NCBI GenBank assembly: GCA_035710125.1
Contig: DASTDY010000063.1
Coordinates: 86,446 to 150,445, forward strand
Length of the DNA stretch: 64,000 nt
Direction of reading: 5' to 3'
Origin: Candidatus Saccharimonadales bacterium
GTDB taxonomy: Bacteria > Patescibacteriota > Saccharimonadia > Saccharimonadales > EFPC-124
In this document: positions 1-9,409 of the stretch, piece after piece
How positions within the stretch are numbered: the first letter of the stretch is position 1
Layout of the letters: each line of letters begins with the position of its first letter
Made by a program: the position numbers and the translations under genes
Notes under the pieces: model-generated
What the model was told of the DNA's origin: nothing
What the model saw: only the letters and a program-made list of their open reading frames with translations
Database searches by the model: none

Positions 1-407
1 TCTTGCGCAGTGCCTACCACCAGGGTACTGCTTGTCGCTTTCATGCCTATGCCGCCGATTGGCGAGGCCGTAATTTTATCGCCGGCTTTTATGTCCCCGT
101 TTATGTCGCTCACAAACGTGGCGGTTATGCCGCTAGTTACTACCTGGACTGAAGTTCCGCCTTCGCTGAGTGAAAGAAGTGGCTTGTCGCCCACGACGCC
201 AATGATCCTTTCGTTGTTGTCTTGGTTGGCAAGCTCGACGTTATCGGTGCTGCCTTGTTTAACACTCACCATGGCGCCTGGCGCTACGGCAGGGTCGGTA
301 GTATGGAAGCCTTGGCTAATCGAAGAGTCGTTCGCGGCAAGGCTAATTGGTGCGGTAAAAAAGATCGTCAATAATAAGGCGCACATGCTCGCGCACCACA
401 ACCCCAC
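1..407 (-). CDS. exported hypothetical protein, 3' end beyond window edge
   Basis: Own minus-strand translation reads (M)GLWCASMCALLLTIFFTAPISLAANDSSISQGFHTTDP... and stays open to position 1. The N-terminus is signal-peptide-like and GAGGAG lies at about 440-445. Start is uncertain (GTG 407 or ATG 386). The listed + ORF 10..498 is its antisense shadow. Confidence 0.5.
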   Translation of the reverse strand, partial: MGLWCASMCALLLTIFFTAPISLAANDSSISQGFHTTDPAVAPGAMVSVKQGSTDNVELANQDNNERIIGVVGDKPLLSLSEGGTSVQVVTSGITATFVSDINGDIKAGDKITASPIGGIGMKATSSTLVVGTAQ

Positions 408-494
408 GATAGTTTTCAGGTGGTTAGCCGACGTAATTACTCCTCAGGTTATAATGCTTACGATTATACCCCAACTTGCTATGCAATGTGACGG

Positions 495-2021
495 TTAGGG
501 CAGTATTGTAACGTCGTCGCCCAAGTGTTTTTTAAGGCGGGCAATAATGCCGCCAGGTTGCCGGCCAAGCTTGGCGCACATTTCTTTGAGGCTTGTGCCT
601 TTTTTGTGAAGGTCAAGCAAAGTAGTGTCTTCTGTTTTTGGCCACGGCTTAAAGGCATTAGGGTAGGTTTGGCGCATTACGGCAATGCGTTCGTGCCAGG
701 CAGACGACGCTTTTTTTGGTTCTGGTATATCTGTTTGGCGCTCGGCCGCTTTTTGTTCGAGATGCTTAAATTTTTCGAGGTCTTGTGCCGACCGCGCCAA
801 AAGTAGCTCGTTAATTTCTAAAGCATCGCGGCTTACTTGTAACGCCATGCGGTTGATGCCAATGAGGCTGAGTGAGCTTAGGCGCTTTACGCGGCTTAGT
901 GCTACATACCCCATGCCTTCAACAAAAGCTTTACGTAAGTCAATGCGGGCGGCGTCGAGTGTCATTCCTTGGCTTTTATGTACTGTAATCGCCCAGGCTA
1001 GGCGTAAGGGGAGTTGCGTGATACCGGCACGTTTTTTGTCGCCGTCGCGCAGCTCCCATGTTTCGGGTGTAACGATAACCGTTCGGCCATTGCGCAGCTC
1101 TACCACTGGGTATGTAGTGTCTGAGTCGAAGCTTTTTACTACACCGAGCGATCCATTCACAAACCGTTTATCGGGGCTGTTTTTAATGCACATTACGAGC
1201 GCCCCAACTTTTAGGGTGAGTAATTCTGGCGCTAAGCATGACCGCTTGAGGGTCTCTACGTAGTTTTCTTTACCGGTGGTTTGCATGGGGTAGGTACGGC
1301 TTTCGGCAGAGATGCTGGCAAGTGCCCGTTCGTTAATGCGGTCTACGTCTACGTTTATTGTGTGGAGTTCGGTCACTTCTTGTTGGTCGGCTAGGTCGGC
1401 GTTCACACGGGATAGCAGGCTTTCTGCGTGGCGGCGGCGCACATCACCGCTACGGATTGCGGTGAGAATATCTAAAAAGTCATCGTCATCTTGGCGGAAC
1501 TGTTCGCTTAAATAGCAGATAGTTGGGTCAAGTTGTTGCCAAGCATTGCTATTCACTACAAAGCTGCCGGTGCGGGTGTCGTCGGCACGGTTAATGGGCG
1601 GCAGCTGGAAAAAGTCGCCACATAAAATAACCTGAAGACCGCCAAAGGGCAGGTCGTTGCCGCGCACTTTGCGGGTGATTTCTTCTACCATATCTAGGCG
1701 GTAGTCGTGGAGCATAGATATTTCGTCTATTATGAGTACATCTGTTTTTTCTATGGTGTCGCGCCGGCCCTTGGGTAGGTCTTTCCAAAAATATTTCGAT
1801 AACTCATTGTGGATGCCAATGCCGCTCCAAGCGTGGATTGTGCTGCCTCCCAAGTGGCTCGCCGCAAGGCCGGTAGTGGCGGTAACGGCTACGGTTTTAC
1901 CTGATTTTTTGGCGCGTTTAATAAAATCTTGGAGCACAAACGTTTTGCCCGCGCCGGCTTGGCCGGTGAGCAGCACGCTGTGGCCTTCGAGCATGATTTC
2001 GAGCGCAAGAGATTGCTTCAC
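495..2021 (-). CDS. Pif1/RecD-family ATP-dependent DNA helicase
   Basis: 508 aa with Walker A GQAGAGKTF, Walker B LIIDEISML, FFQLPPI, a later helicase motif VHKSQG and a C-terminal HTH-like tail. Confidence 0.85.
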   Translation of the reverse strand: MKQSLALEIMLEGHSVLLTGQAGAGKTFVLQDFIKRAKKSGKTVAVTATTGLAASHLGGSTIHAWSGIGIHNELSKYFWKDLPKGRRDTIEKTDVLIIDEISMLHDYRLDMVEEITRKVRGNDLPFGGLQVILCGDFFQLPPINRADDTRTGSFVVNSNAWQQLDPTICYLSEQFRQDDDDFLDILTAIRSGDVRRRHAESLLSRVNADLADQQEVTELHTINVDVDRINERALASISAESRTYPMQTTGKENYVETLKRSCLAPELLTLKVGALVMCIKNSPDKRFVNGSLGVVKSFDSDTTYPVVELRNGRTVIVTPETWELRDGDKKRAGITQLPLRLAWAITVHKSQGMTLDAARIDLRKAFVEGMGYVALSRVKRLSSLSLIGINRMALQVSRDALEINELLLARSAQDLEKFKHLEQKAAERQTDIPEPKKASSAWHERIAVMRQTYPNAFKPWPKTEDTTLLDLHKKGTSLKEMCAKLGRQPGGIIARLKKHLGDDVTILP

Positions 2022-2063
2022 AGCGCCGAGTATACCACGACCACACTACAACCAGGGTAATTA

Positions 2064-2600
2064 TTAGATAGCTATATTGCGCGCAATCTGCTCAGCCACT
2101 TCGGCCGCAGTTAAATGTGTAGTATTTATAGTTATGCTTGGTGTGCCAGCAAAGGGTTTGTCATAATTGTGTTGGTTAAGTAAGGATTGCAGCTGGGAGG
2201 GGTCTGTCATTTTACCTGCTGAGCGGCGGTCTGGTTGTTGTACGCGTTCTGTGAGCGCGTGGTGTTTTGCGGTGAGGTGCACTAGGGTAACGTTGGTGTT
2301 GTGGGCTTGGCCGGCCTCAAGTATGGTTTGCAGCAGCGCGATGTCTGTTTGTAGTTCGGCGCTGAAGGTGGCGGTCAGTATAATATCTTGCGTGCCAAAA
2401 CGCATTGCTGCGTTTAATATTTGAATCTGTAGGCTGTAGAGCAGTGGGGTGAACTGCGGGTTGTCGCGGCCTATGGCTTGTTCGATTGTAGAAGCTAAGG
2501 GCGTGCTGTCGAACACCCGCACATTAGTACGTTTGGCGAGTTCCTTGGCGACCGTGCTTTTGCCGACTGCTGGCGGGCCATATAAAACAATAAGTCTCAT
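2064..2600 (-). CDS. P-loop NTPase / small kinase-like protein
   Basis: 178 aa; N-terminal Walker A LYGPPAVGKSTVAKEL. Confidence 0.6.
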   Translation of the reverse strand: MRLIVLYGPPAVGKSTVAKELAKRTNVRVFDSTPLASTIEQAIGRDNPQFTPLLYSLQIQILNAAMRFGTQDIILTATFSAELQTDIALLQTILEAGQAHNTNVTLVHLTAKHHALTERVQQPDRRSAGKMTDPSQLQSLLNQHNYDKPFAGTPSITINTTHLTAAEVAEQIARNIAI

Positions 2601-2708
2601 GACTTGTTTATTCTAGCATGCCTGGTGTGTAGGCCTTAACAAGGACACAGCGCCATTTAACCTGATATTTGCATTGTTACCTCTGTTATGCTATGATTTT
2701 ACCGAATT

Positions 2709-4118
2709 ATGGAAACGCTCGGTCCGCCGGTAGCGCCACCCGAAAGCGCTCCCAAAAAAAATGCTGCGCCCTTAAGGTTAAGAACCCCAAACGTATTTGA
2801 ATTGTTTAAAAAAATCGACAGCCCCGAGGTGAACATTCCTCGTCCGCGTGAGGCAGAGGCTATCGAAAATCCCGTTTTATCAGCCCGCCGACGCCGTTTG
2901 GCGCTTGAAGTGATGCGCATTATTAAGGGTGAGGCGCCGCAGCCAACGCAATCGGCCGAAGCGCTGTGGCAACCTCTTGCGCAGCAAGCAGCGCAAGAAG
3001 GAGTGGCGACTGCCGTGGTCGAGGTTACTCCCAAGCCATATCTAATTGAACGCGCTAAAGGGATTGGCCGGAATGTGCTTAACCTTGTACAGCGTGTACG
3101 TAGTGATGTTGTGGATGCCGACATACGTGAGGCTGTGCCTGTGCCCACTGACATCACCCCACTTGCCGAGGCCGACAGCGACGTGCGGTCTGCAATGCGG
3201 GAACTCATCGCTCCGATAGAACAGTATCAGGCGCAGCACCCCCAGCCCAAAGAACAGCTATCGGCGGCCGCAGAGCTATCGCCAGAAACCCAGGAGCCGA
3301 CTATTGGTTTTGAAGCCAATGAACCGCTTGTGCAAAATTACGAAACTGCAGTGACTGCTGCTGTGTCGATTGCCAAAGAGGCTGTCGAAACCAAAGAGCG
3401 GTTCCGTCAAGGGGTCACTCTAGTGCGCAAGGTTGGTTTGTTCGCACTTGGCGCGGCCACTGTCGGGGGGTTTGCGTATACGTGGCATCGCATGCGCCAG
3501 CTAAAAAAAGAGCAACGAGCCCAGCGCCGCGAGCACAAAAAGTTCGAGGCAGAGGTGCGCGCTATTCAAACAGAGCAAGAACAGCAATTGCATACCTTGC
3601 AGCAAAAAAATGCCGTTAGTATGGCACAGACACAGCGGCAAGAGTACGTAGAGCAGGTGAGCCAGTTTGCGCACCAGCAGGCGGTCGAGATCCGCACCGT
3701 TGCCCGTGCAGCTGAAGTCATGCAGACGCAAACCGCCGTCCAAGAGCGGCACCCTACTTCCCAACCAGTCCGTCGCGTAGAAACTATGCCAGCCACCACT
3801 GCGACAATCGAAAATCCACAGCCTGCAATTGTAAAAAAAGAAAAACTCGCCCCCGCACCCGAGCATCATACGTTTACCGAGCGGGTTAACCACACCCTGG
3901 GTAAAGCTAAGCAAGCTGGCGGTGGAGTCGCAGGCGGGGTGGCGGCGGTTGGGAATCGCCTGCAACAAGCTTTTTCTGCCTCGCCCAGCAAGGTCAACCA
4001 AGTGCAGCAGTTACGGCAAGGCACGGCCCCTGTTAAAACGATACAGGGCTGGCCACTAATGACCGCTTTTGCAGCCAGTGTCATTGTATTTTTGGTTACT
4101 TTGTTTGGGGCTTGGTAA
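2709..4118 (+). CDS. hypothetical membrane protein with Gln/Glu-rich coiled-coil segment
   Basis: 469-aa ORF with an internal TM (VGLFALGAATVGGFAY), a KKEQRAQRREHKKFEAE... helical stretch and a C-terminal TM. No family recognised. Confidence 0.55.
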   Translation: METLGPPVAPPESAPKKNAAPLRLRTPNVFELFKKIDSPEVNIPRPREAEAIENPVLSARRRRLALEVMRIIKGEAPQPTQSAEALWQPLAQQAAQEGVATAVVEVTPKPYLIERAKGIGRNVLNLVQRVRSDVVDADIREAVPVPTDITPLAEADSDVRSAMRELIAPIEQYQAQHPQPKEQLSAAAELSPETQEPTIGFEANEPLVQNYETAVTAAVSIAKEAVETKERFRQGVTLVRKVGLFALGAATVGGFAYTWHRMRQLKKEQRAQRREHKKFEAEVRAIQTEQEQQLHTLQQKNAVSMAQTQRQEYVEQVSQFAHQQAVEIRTVARAAEVMQTQTAVQERHPTSQPVRRVETMPATTATIENPQPAIVKKEKLAPAPEHHTFTERVNHTLGKAKQAGGGVAGGVAAVGNRLQQAFSASPSKVNQVQQLRQGTAPVKTIQGWPLMTAFAASVIVFLVTLFGAW

Positions 4119-4163
4119 AACCGCCAGGCTGTGCAATACTCTTAAGTGCACCTATACAAACTA

Positions 4164-4315
4164 AAATATAAAGAGCGCAGCGAGGGATCTAGCCCGTTGA
4201 CCTGCCAGCAACCTGCTTTAAAAGTAAGGTGCTCCATCTAGCCCGCCGTAGTGTGGGAAAGATATAGCGATACCCGCAAGCTACCTTTCCGCCCCACTCG
4301 GCAGAAAGGTTTTTT
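4164..4315 (+). promoter_or_regulatory. SAM-I (S-box) riboswitch with terminator expression platform upstream of metK
   Basis: The sequence AUAUAAAGAGCGCAGCGAGGGAUCUAGCCCGUUGACCUGCCAGCAACC...AAGGUGCUCCAUCUAGCC...GGGAAAGAUAUAG matches the S-box core (AGAG, GAGGGA, GCCC, UGA, GCAACC, AAGGUGC, AGAUAU closing P1). A terminator follows at 4284-4315. Confidence 0.8.
4284..4315 (+). terminator. intrinsic terminator of the SAM riboswitch; 3' arm contains the metK SD
   Basis: Stem CCTTTCCGCC/GGCAGAAAGG (one mismatch) followed by a T6 run. GAAAGG (4304-4309) lies 7 nt before ATG 4317. Confidence 0.7.
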
Positions 4316-4316
4316 A

Positions 4317-5444
4317 ATGCCTCAATTTTTTACCTCAGAATCGGTGTGCGCCGGCCACCCAGACAAAGTAAGCGACCAAATTAGCGACGCCATGGTAGAC
4401 GCACTTATGGCCCAAGATCCGCAAAGCCGTGTTGCTGTAGAAACCGCCGTGACTGCAAACAGGGTTGTGCTCCTGGGCGAGGTAAACACCAAAGCCAAGG
4501 TAGACTTTGCGCAGATCGCCAAAGACGAAGTCAAACGTTTAGGTTACGATATTCGCGAGCTAGAGTTCCACCACGAAGACGTTCAAGTAGATGTTTTTAT
4601 CCGTCAACAATCCGCCGAAATTGCAGCCGGAGTAGACGACAAAGGCGAGGGTGAAGGGGCTGGCGACCAAGGTATGATGTTTGGCTACGCCTGCAACGAG
4701 ACTCCCAATCTTATGCCGTTACCTATTGAGCTTGCCCACCGCCTAGCGCGCAAATACGACGAGCTGCGCGAGACCGGTACGCTGCCATTTTTACGCCCAG
4801 ACGGCAAAGCCCAGGTAACAGTAGAATATAAAGACGGCAAGCCAGTAGGCGTACACCATGTAGTATCGGCAGTACCACACGACGAGAGCGTTGGCTTAAA
4901 AGAGGTACAAGACGCCCTTTACCAACATGCAATCCAGCCAATTTTAGGTGAATATAATTTAAGTATTGACCCGTCGAAACAATTTGTCCTAAACGGCACG
5001 GGGGTGTGGCATTTTTCTGGCCCAGCGGCCGACGCTGGACTTACTGGCCGTAAAATTGTAGTCGATACATATGGCGGCTACGCCCGCGTGGGCGGTGGCG
5101 CGTTTAGCGGCAAAGACTGCTCTAAGGTCGACCGTTCTGGCGCATATGCCGCCCGCTACTTGGCTAAAAATATTGTAGCAGCGGGTTTGGCTGACCGCGC
5201 CGAAGTTGCCCTGGCCTACTTTATTGGTGCGCGCCGGCCGGTCATGCAAGAGGTAGAGACCTTCGGTACTGCAAAAGCATCTCCCGAAGAAATTAAAGAA
5301 TTCGTGGACTCACTCCTAGATACATCTGTTAAGGGCATAATTGAAGGCCTTAATTTGCGTCGCCCAATCTATAAACAGACCGCCGCTTACGGCCACTTTG
5401 GTCGGACTGGTGTGCCATGGGAAGACGTGAAGACTCCCCAGTAA
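4317..5444 (+). CDS. metK: S-adenosylmethionine synthetase
   Basis: MPQFFTSESVCAGHPDKVSDQISD..., GAGDQGMMFGYA and GGGAFSGKD motifs. The upstream 22 codons of the listed ORF overlap the riboswitch terminator and were trimmed. Confidence 0.95.
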   Translation: MPQFFTSESVCAGHPDKVSDQISDAMVDALMAQDPQSRVAVETAVTANRVVLLGEVNTKAKVDFAQIAKDEVKRLGYDIRELEFHHEDVQVDVFIRQQSAEIAAGVDDKGEGEGAGDQGMMFGYACNETPNLMPLPIELAHRLARKYDELRETGTLPFLRPDGKAQVTVEYKDGKPVGVHHVVSAVPHDESVGLKEVQDALYQHAIQPILGEYNLSIDPSKQFVLNGTGVWHFSGPAADAGLTGRKIVVDTYGGYARVGGGAFSGKDCSKVDRSGAYAARYLAKNIVAAGLADRAEVALAYFIGARRPVMQEVETFGTAKASPEEIKEFVDSLLDTSVKGIIEGLNLRRPIYKQTAAYGHFGRTGVPWEDVKTPQ

Positions 5445-5456
5445 ACACTGGGGAGT
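5433..5456 (+). terminator. perfect 10-bp hairpin spanning the metK stop codon (no U tract)
   Basis: ACTCCCCAGT-aaac-ACTGGGGAGT. Confidence 0.4.
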
Positions 5457-5569
5457 TCGCCGCGGGCCGCCAGGCAATGAGCCTGGATTTCTGCTGGTCG
5501 CGCAAGCAGCAGCGTTTTATCGCTTAAACTACGGGCCCTTTTTGTGGATCATGCCGCCTCATTCGCGTG

Positions 5570-6013
5570 TTAAAGCTTGGTGGCGATCTCTAGCCTGAGT
5601 TCGCCACCGAGGATCGTGCAGTAGAGACGGTTAAAGCGCCGGTAAAGGCCTTTGCACGTCACGATCAGCACGTGGTCCTGCAGCCGAACGCAGAAGCTGC
5701 CGTTTGCAAGCATGTTACCTTCCGGCAACAGCTTGGTTCGGGCTACAGACCCACACGAACCCAGCCTTTTGGCTGTTGCCTGAGCTCTGCGGCGTGGGTT
5801 TTGGGTATCTTTCCCACCATCTGTGGGTTTGCTGCCCATACCCTTGTGCCACAACTCAACCAACTCACCACTAGGTAACAGTAGCGACACGTTCACCCAC
5901 AAGCTGGTGCCGCCCAAGTGGCCAGTAGCCAATCTAGGGCAAAGCTCCCGTGGGTTGCCAAGCACCCGCCATAGCAGGAGCTTGCCATCATTACTCTGGA
6001 GCTTGTCGCGCAT
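5570..6013 (-). CDS. hypothetical protein, GC-rich cassette A
   Basis: 147-aa ORF with GGAG 5 nt upstream of the ATG and TATATAAT further upstream in an AT-rich flank. Composition is clearly richer in G+C than its neighbours. No family recognised. Confidence 0.5.
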   Translation of the reverse strand: MRDKLQSNDGKLLLWRVLGNPRELCPRLATGHLGGTSLWVNVSLLLPSGELVELWHKGMGSKPTDGGKDTQNPRRRAQATAKRLGSCGSVARTKLLPEGNMLANGSFCVRLQDHVLIVTCKGLYRRFNRLYCTILGGELRLEIATKL

Positions 6014-6108
6014 GGCGACTCCAATCCGTAGGGGTGCGACACTAGTATTATATAATCTTTTGTTCTATATTTGAATATATTTTATAATAAGTTTTATCAT
6101 AAGCGTCA

Positions 6109-6654
6109 TCAGGCAATGAGTGGATAGATTGTCGCGTTTTCAAGCCGTGGTTGGTTGTACATGTGGTGCGACGATTTACCCTCGGCCACTGTTCGTAACA
6201 TGCGTCCGACACCAATGTGGCACACAATTAAAATTGTGTGGTGCGACGAATCGCGAAGCAACCCACGAAGTGCGTCTTGCACTCTGTTATGGAATGACAC
6301 TAGCTTTTCGACTCCCATAATATGGTCTACTGCCGGAAAATTACCGTTGAGCTTTTCGTTGTGCGCATAACTTGTGCCTTCTAGGTCACCCAAATTGCGT
6401 TCGGCAAGGTTGTTAATGGTAACGATTGCTTCGGGTGGGTAGCCGATTTCTTGGGCGATAATTTTAGCCGTTTGTTGCGCGCGTTCCAGCGGCGACGCCA
6501 CAATTAGGTCAATGCCTAGCCCCTTGGCATGCTGGCCAGCGTGATGCGCCTGGGAAATGCCGAGGTGACTTAAAGCAGTCTCTCGCGAGCCGCTCACAAT
6601 TTTGTGGGCGTTGTCGTTGGTTTGCCCGTGACGAACTAAATAAATTCGTTGCAT
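6109..6654 (-). CDS. histidine phosphatase family (phosphoglycerate mutase-like) protein
   Basis: MQRIYLVRHGQTNDN... carries the RHG catalytic motif; 181 aa. Confidence 0.85.
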   Translation of the reverse strand: MQRIYLVRHGQTNDNAHKIVSGSRETALSHLGISQAHHAGQHAKGLGIDLIVASPLERAQQTAKIIAQEIGYPPEAIVTINNLAERNLGDLEGTSYAHNEKLNGNFPAVDHIMGVEKLVSFHNRVQDALRGLLRDSSHHTILIVCHIGVGRMLRTVAEGKSSHHMYNQPRLENATIYPLIA

Positions 6655-6707
6655 ATGCTTATTCTAACAGTGCGGGCAGATTATGGTAGGCACTTCTGGC
6701 GAAACCC

Positions 6708-8174
6708 GTGTATACTCTGGCCGTGCAAATTAAAGGATTCGACTGGCGATATTGGCAGGTGCGCCGCACCACAATCATTGCGCTTTTGGCCGCAGGAGTA
6801 TTAGCTGGCATATGGGTTGCCCAATTTAATGCGCCAAGTGCGATGTGGCTACTTGCTTGCATATGCGTGGCAATATTTGGATTGCGCGGTAAAAAATGGT
6901 ATCTAGCCGTGCCGTGTGCCTTGGTAATTGGCCTGTGTGTCGGATTGTTGCGTGGGAGCGACACCCGTCAATATCTAGCAACCTATGGGCCATTATTGGG
7001 TTCAAAAGTACAACTCACCGGTACGCTGACCGAAGACACCGTGTACGGAGACCGTGGCCAGCGTGATATGCGACTTACTAACGTGCAGCTGCACGGCCAC
7101 GAATTACCCGGGGTTGTGCGGGTAACGGCGCTCACCATCGAACAGCCACGGCGAGGCGATACTGTGCAGGTTTCGGGCAAATTGTACAGCGGATTTGGGA
7201 GCTACCAGGCTGCTATATATTTTGGCCAACTACACATTACCCATGTTAACCAGGACCCGCTAGAAACATTACGCCGTTATTTTGCTGCCAGCGTATACTC
7301 GCTGTTGCCCGACACCCAAGCAGGACTTGGCTTAGGAATGTTGATCGGGCTTAAAACGCAGATGTCTGATTCGCTGAGCGACCAGCTTAAGGTATTGGCA
7401 CTCACCCACATTGTGGTGGCGAGTGGCTACAACCTTACTATTTTATTGCGTTTGGCGCGCCGGTTGTTCGAGCGTTTTTCTAAGTTTCAAACTGTCGCCA
7501 TTGGTTTTACCTTAATGGGGCTATTTGTGGTGGTCGCAGGTTTTGGTGCTAGCATGAGCCGAGCTGCGCTTGTGACTGGCCTTTGTTTGCTTGCGTGGTA
7601 CTACGGCCGGCGGACTCACCCTGTGGTTCTGCTCTTATTTGCGGCGGCGGTAACGGCGGTATGGAACCCACTTTACATGTGGAGCGACTTAGGCTGGTGG
7701 TTATCATTTTTGGCTTTTGCCGGAGTTATGTTGCTCGCGCCACTTATAGAGCGGCGGATTTTTGGCGAAAAGCGCCCAAAGCTTCTCGGCCAGCTAGCAA
7801 TAGAAACATGTGCCGCCCAAATCGCAACCCTGCCGCTTATTTTGGCTATTTTTGGCAGTTTAAGTGTGCTCGGTTTCTTCGCCAATATCATCCTTGTGCC
7901 GCTTGTACCATTTGCTATGTTATTCACTTTTGTTGCGGGGGTTGTCGGCTTGATGTTTGGTGCGGCCGCCGGTTACGTTGCGCTTCCGGCGCTATGGCTG
8001 CTCACGTTCATGACGCAAGTGGTCCATATGCTGGCGTCTGTGCCTTGGGCAGCGGTGCAATGCGTAATCAGCCAGCCCGTTATGGTAGGGTTGTACGTAC
8101 TCAGCTTAGCGGGCGGCGTACTATTGTGGCGGCGCACACGGTATGATTTCTTGGGGAGGAGTGTGATAGAATAA
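6708..8174 (+). CDS. comEC: ComEC/Rec2-family DNA internalisation channel (no C-terminal metallo-beta-lactamase domain)
   Basis: 488 aa and polytopic, with a DUF4131-like N-terminus and a competence-domain stretch LTHIVVASGYNLTILL. The ORF ends right after the membrane core. Confidence 0.8.
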   Translation: MYTLAVQIKGFDWRYWQVRRTTIIALLAAGVLAGIWVAQFNAPSAMWLLACICVAIFGLRGKKWYLAVPCALVIGLCVGLLRGSDTRQYLATYGPLLGSKVQLTGTLTEDTVYGDRGQRDMRLTNVQLHGHELPGVVRVTALTIEQPRRGDTVQVSGKLYSGFGSYQAAIYFGQLHITHVNQDPLETLRRYFAASVYSLLPDTQAGLGLGMLIGLKTQMSDSLSDQLKVLALTHIVVASGYNLTILLRLARRLFERFSKFQTVAIGFTLMGLFVVVAGFGASMSRAALVTGLCLLAWYYGRRTHPVVLLLFAAAVTAVWNPLYMWSDLGWWLSFLAFAGVMLLAPLIERRIFGEKRPKLLGQLAIETCAAQIATLPLILAIFGSLSVLGFFANIILVPLVPFAMLFTFVAGVVGLMFGAAAGYVALPALWLLTFMTQVVHMLASVPWAAVQCVISQPVMVGLYVLSLAGGVLLWRRTRYDFLGRSVIE

Positions 8175-8209
8175 GAAAAACAACCAGCTGTCAACATAAG
8201 GATTTTTAC

Positions 8210-8932
8210 ATGTCAGGACACTCCAAATGGTCAACCATCCGGCGCCAAAAAGAAATTACCGACGCAAAACGTGGCGCTGTTTTTACTAAGCTAGCTAACG
8301 CTATTACTATCGCTGCTAAAAAGGGCGGCGACCCAAGTATGAATTTTTCGCTGCGGCTAGTCCTAGACCAAGCAAAAGCGGCTAATATGCCTAACACTAA
8401 CATCCAGCGGGCAATCGACCGCGGTACAGGTAAGCTCGGCGGGGCAGCAATAGAAGAAGTTACCTACGAAGGATACGGCCCTGGTGGAATTGCCGTGATT
8501 GTAGAATGCGCCACCGACAACAAAAACCGTACCTACCCAGACGTCCGCTTAGCGTTTAGTAAAAACGGCGGCAACATGGCCGAACCTGGCGCGGTGGCAT
8601 TCCAGTTTGACCGCAAAGGGGTAATCCGCGCCGAATTTGCAGGCGACATAGACGAAGCCATGCTGCTCGCAATAGATGCCGGAGCCGAAGATGCCGAGAT
8701 AGACTCCGGCCAGATTGTCATTTACACAGACCCCAAACAACTTTCAGCTGTCCGTGACGCCTTACAGGCTGCCGCATTTACCGTAAAAGAGGCGGAACTT
8801 ACTTTTGTGGCCAAAAATACAGTAGAAATTACCGACCCAGACGTCGCGCGCAAGGTTATGAACCTCATGGACGCGCTCGACAACCTAGACGACGTAACCA
8901 ATGTACATAGTAACTTTGACATAAAAGAGTAG
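8210..8932 (+). CDS. yebC: YebC/PmpR-family transcriptional regulator
   Basis: MSGHSKWSTIRRQKEITDAKRG... is the canonical N-terminus; 240 aa. Confidence 0.9.
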   Translation: MSGHSKWSTIRRQKEITDAKRGAVFTKLANAITIAAKKGGDPSMNFSLRLVLDQAKAANMPNTNIQRAIDRGTGKLGGAAIEEVTYEGYGPGGIAVIVECATDNKNRTYPDVRLAFSKNGGNMAEPGAVAFQFDRKGVIRAEFAGDIDEAMLLAIDAGAEDAEIDSGQIVIYTDPKQLSAVRDALQAAAFTVKEAELTFVAKNTVEITDPDVARKVMNLMDALDNLDDVTNVHSNFDIKE

Positions 8933-8938
8933 CGCCCC

Positions 8939-9409
8939 GTGCGCATTCTAGGCATCGACCCTGGCACTGGCATATTAGGCTTTGGCGTAATAGATGTTGC
9001 TAAAAGAACTACAATGGTAGATGCGGGCGTGGTCCGAACCAAAGTGAATCAGGCAGAGTCTGAGCGGTTACTGACCATTTACAATAACCTTACCGACATT
9101 GTAGTAGCGAATAAGCCGCAAGTGGTGTCTGTAGAGAAACTATTTTTTGCCCGCAACGTAACCACGGCAATGTCTGTCTCACAGGCCAGAGGAGTAGTAT
9201 TGTTAATTGCACAACAGCACGGATTACCGATCTTTGAATACACCCCAATGCAAATAAAACTGGCGATCACCGGCTACGGCAAAGCCGATAAAAAACAAGT
9301 CCAAGAAATGGTCAGGGTGCTGCTCAACCTAAAAGAAGTACCCAAACCCGACGACTGCGCTGATGCCCTGGCGGCCGCACTTACCTATGCGGCCAGTCTG
9401 CGGTTGTAA
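8939..9409 (+). CDS. ruvC: crossover junction endodeoxyribonuclease RuvC
   Basis: (GTG)RILGIDPGTGILGFGVID...; 156 aa; yebC-ruvC linkage. Confidence 0.9.
   Translation: MRILGIDPGTGILGFGVIDVAKRTTMVDAGVVRTKVNQAESERLLTIYNNLTDIVVANKPQVVSVEKLFFARNVTTAMSVSQARGVVLLIAQQHGLPIFEYTPMQIKLAITGYGKADKKQVQEMVRVLLNLKEVPKPDDCADALAAALTYAASLRL

Noticed and set aside
10-498. 162-aa + strand ORF at the left edge
   Set aside because: It is low-complexity (Pro/Ser/Leu/Met-rich) and has no SD. The opposite strand encodes a convincing signal-peptide protein that stays open to the window edge, so I treat this ORF as an antisense shadow.
5570-6013. Cassette A as an IS element, TnpB or recombinase fragment
   Set aside because: There are no DDE/RuvC/Zn-ribbon or Tyr/Ser recombinase motifs, no terminal inverted repeats and no target duplication visible.
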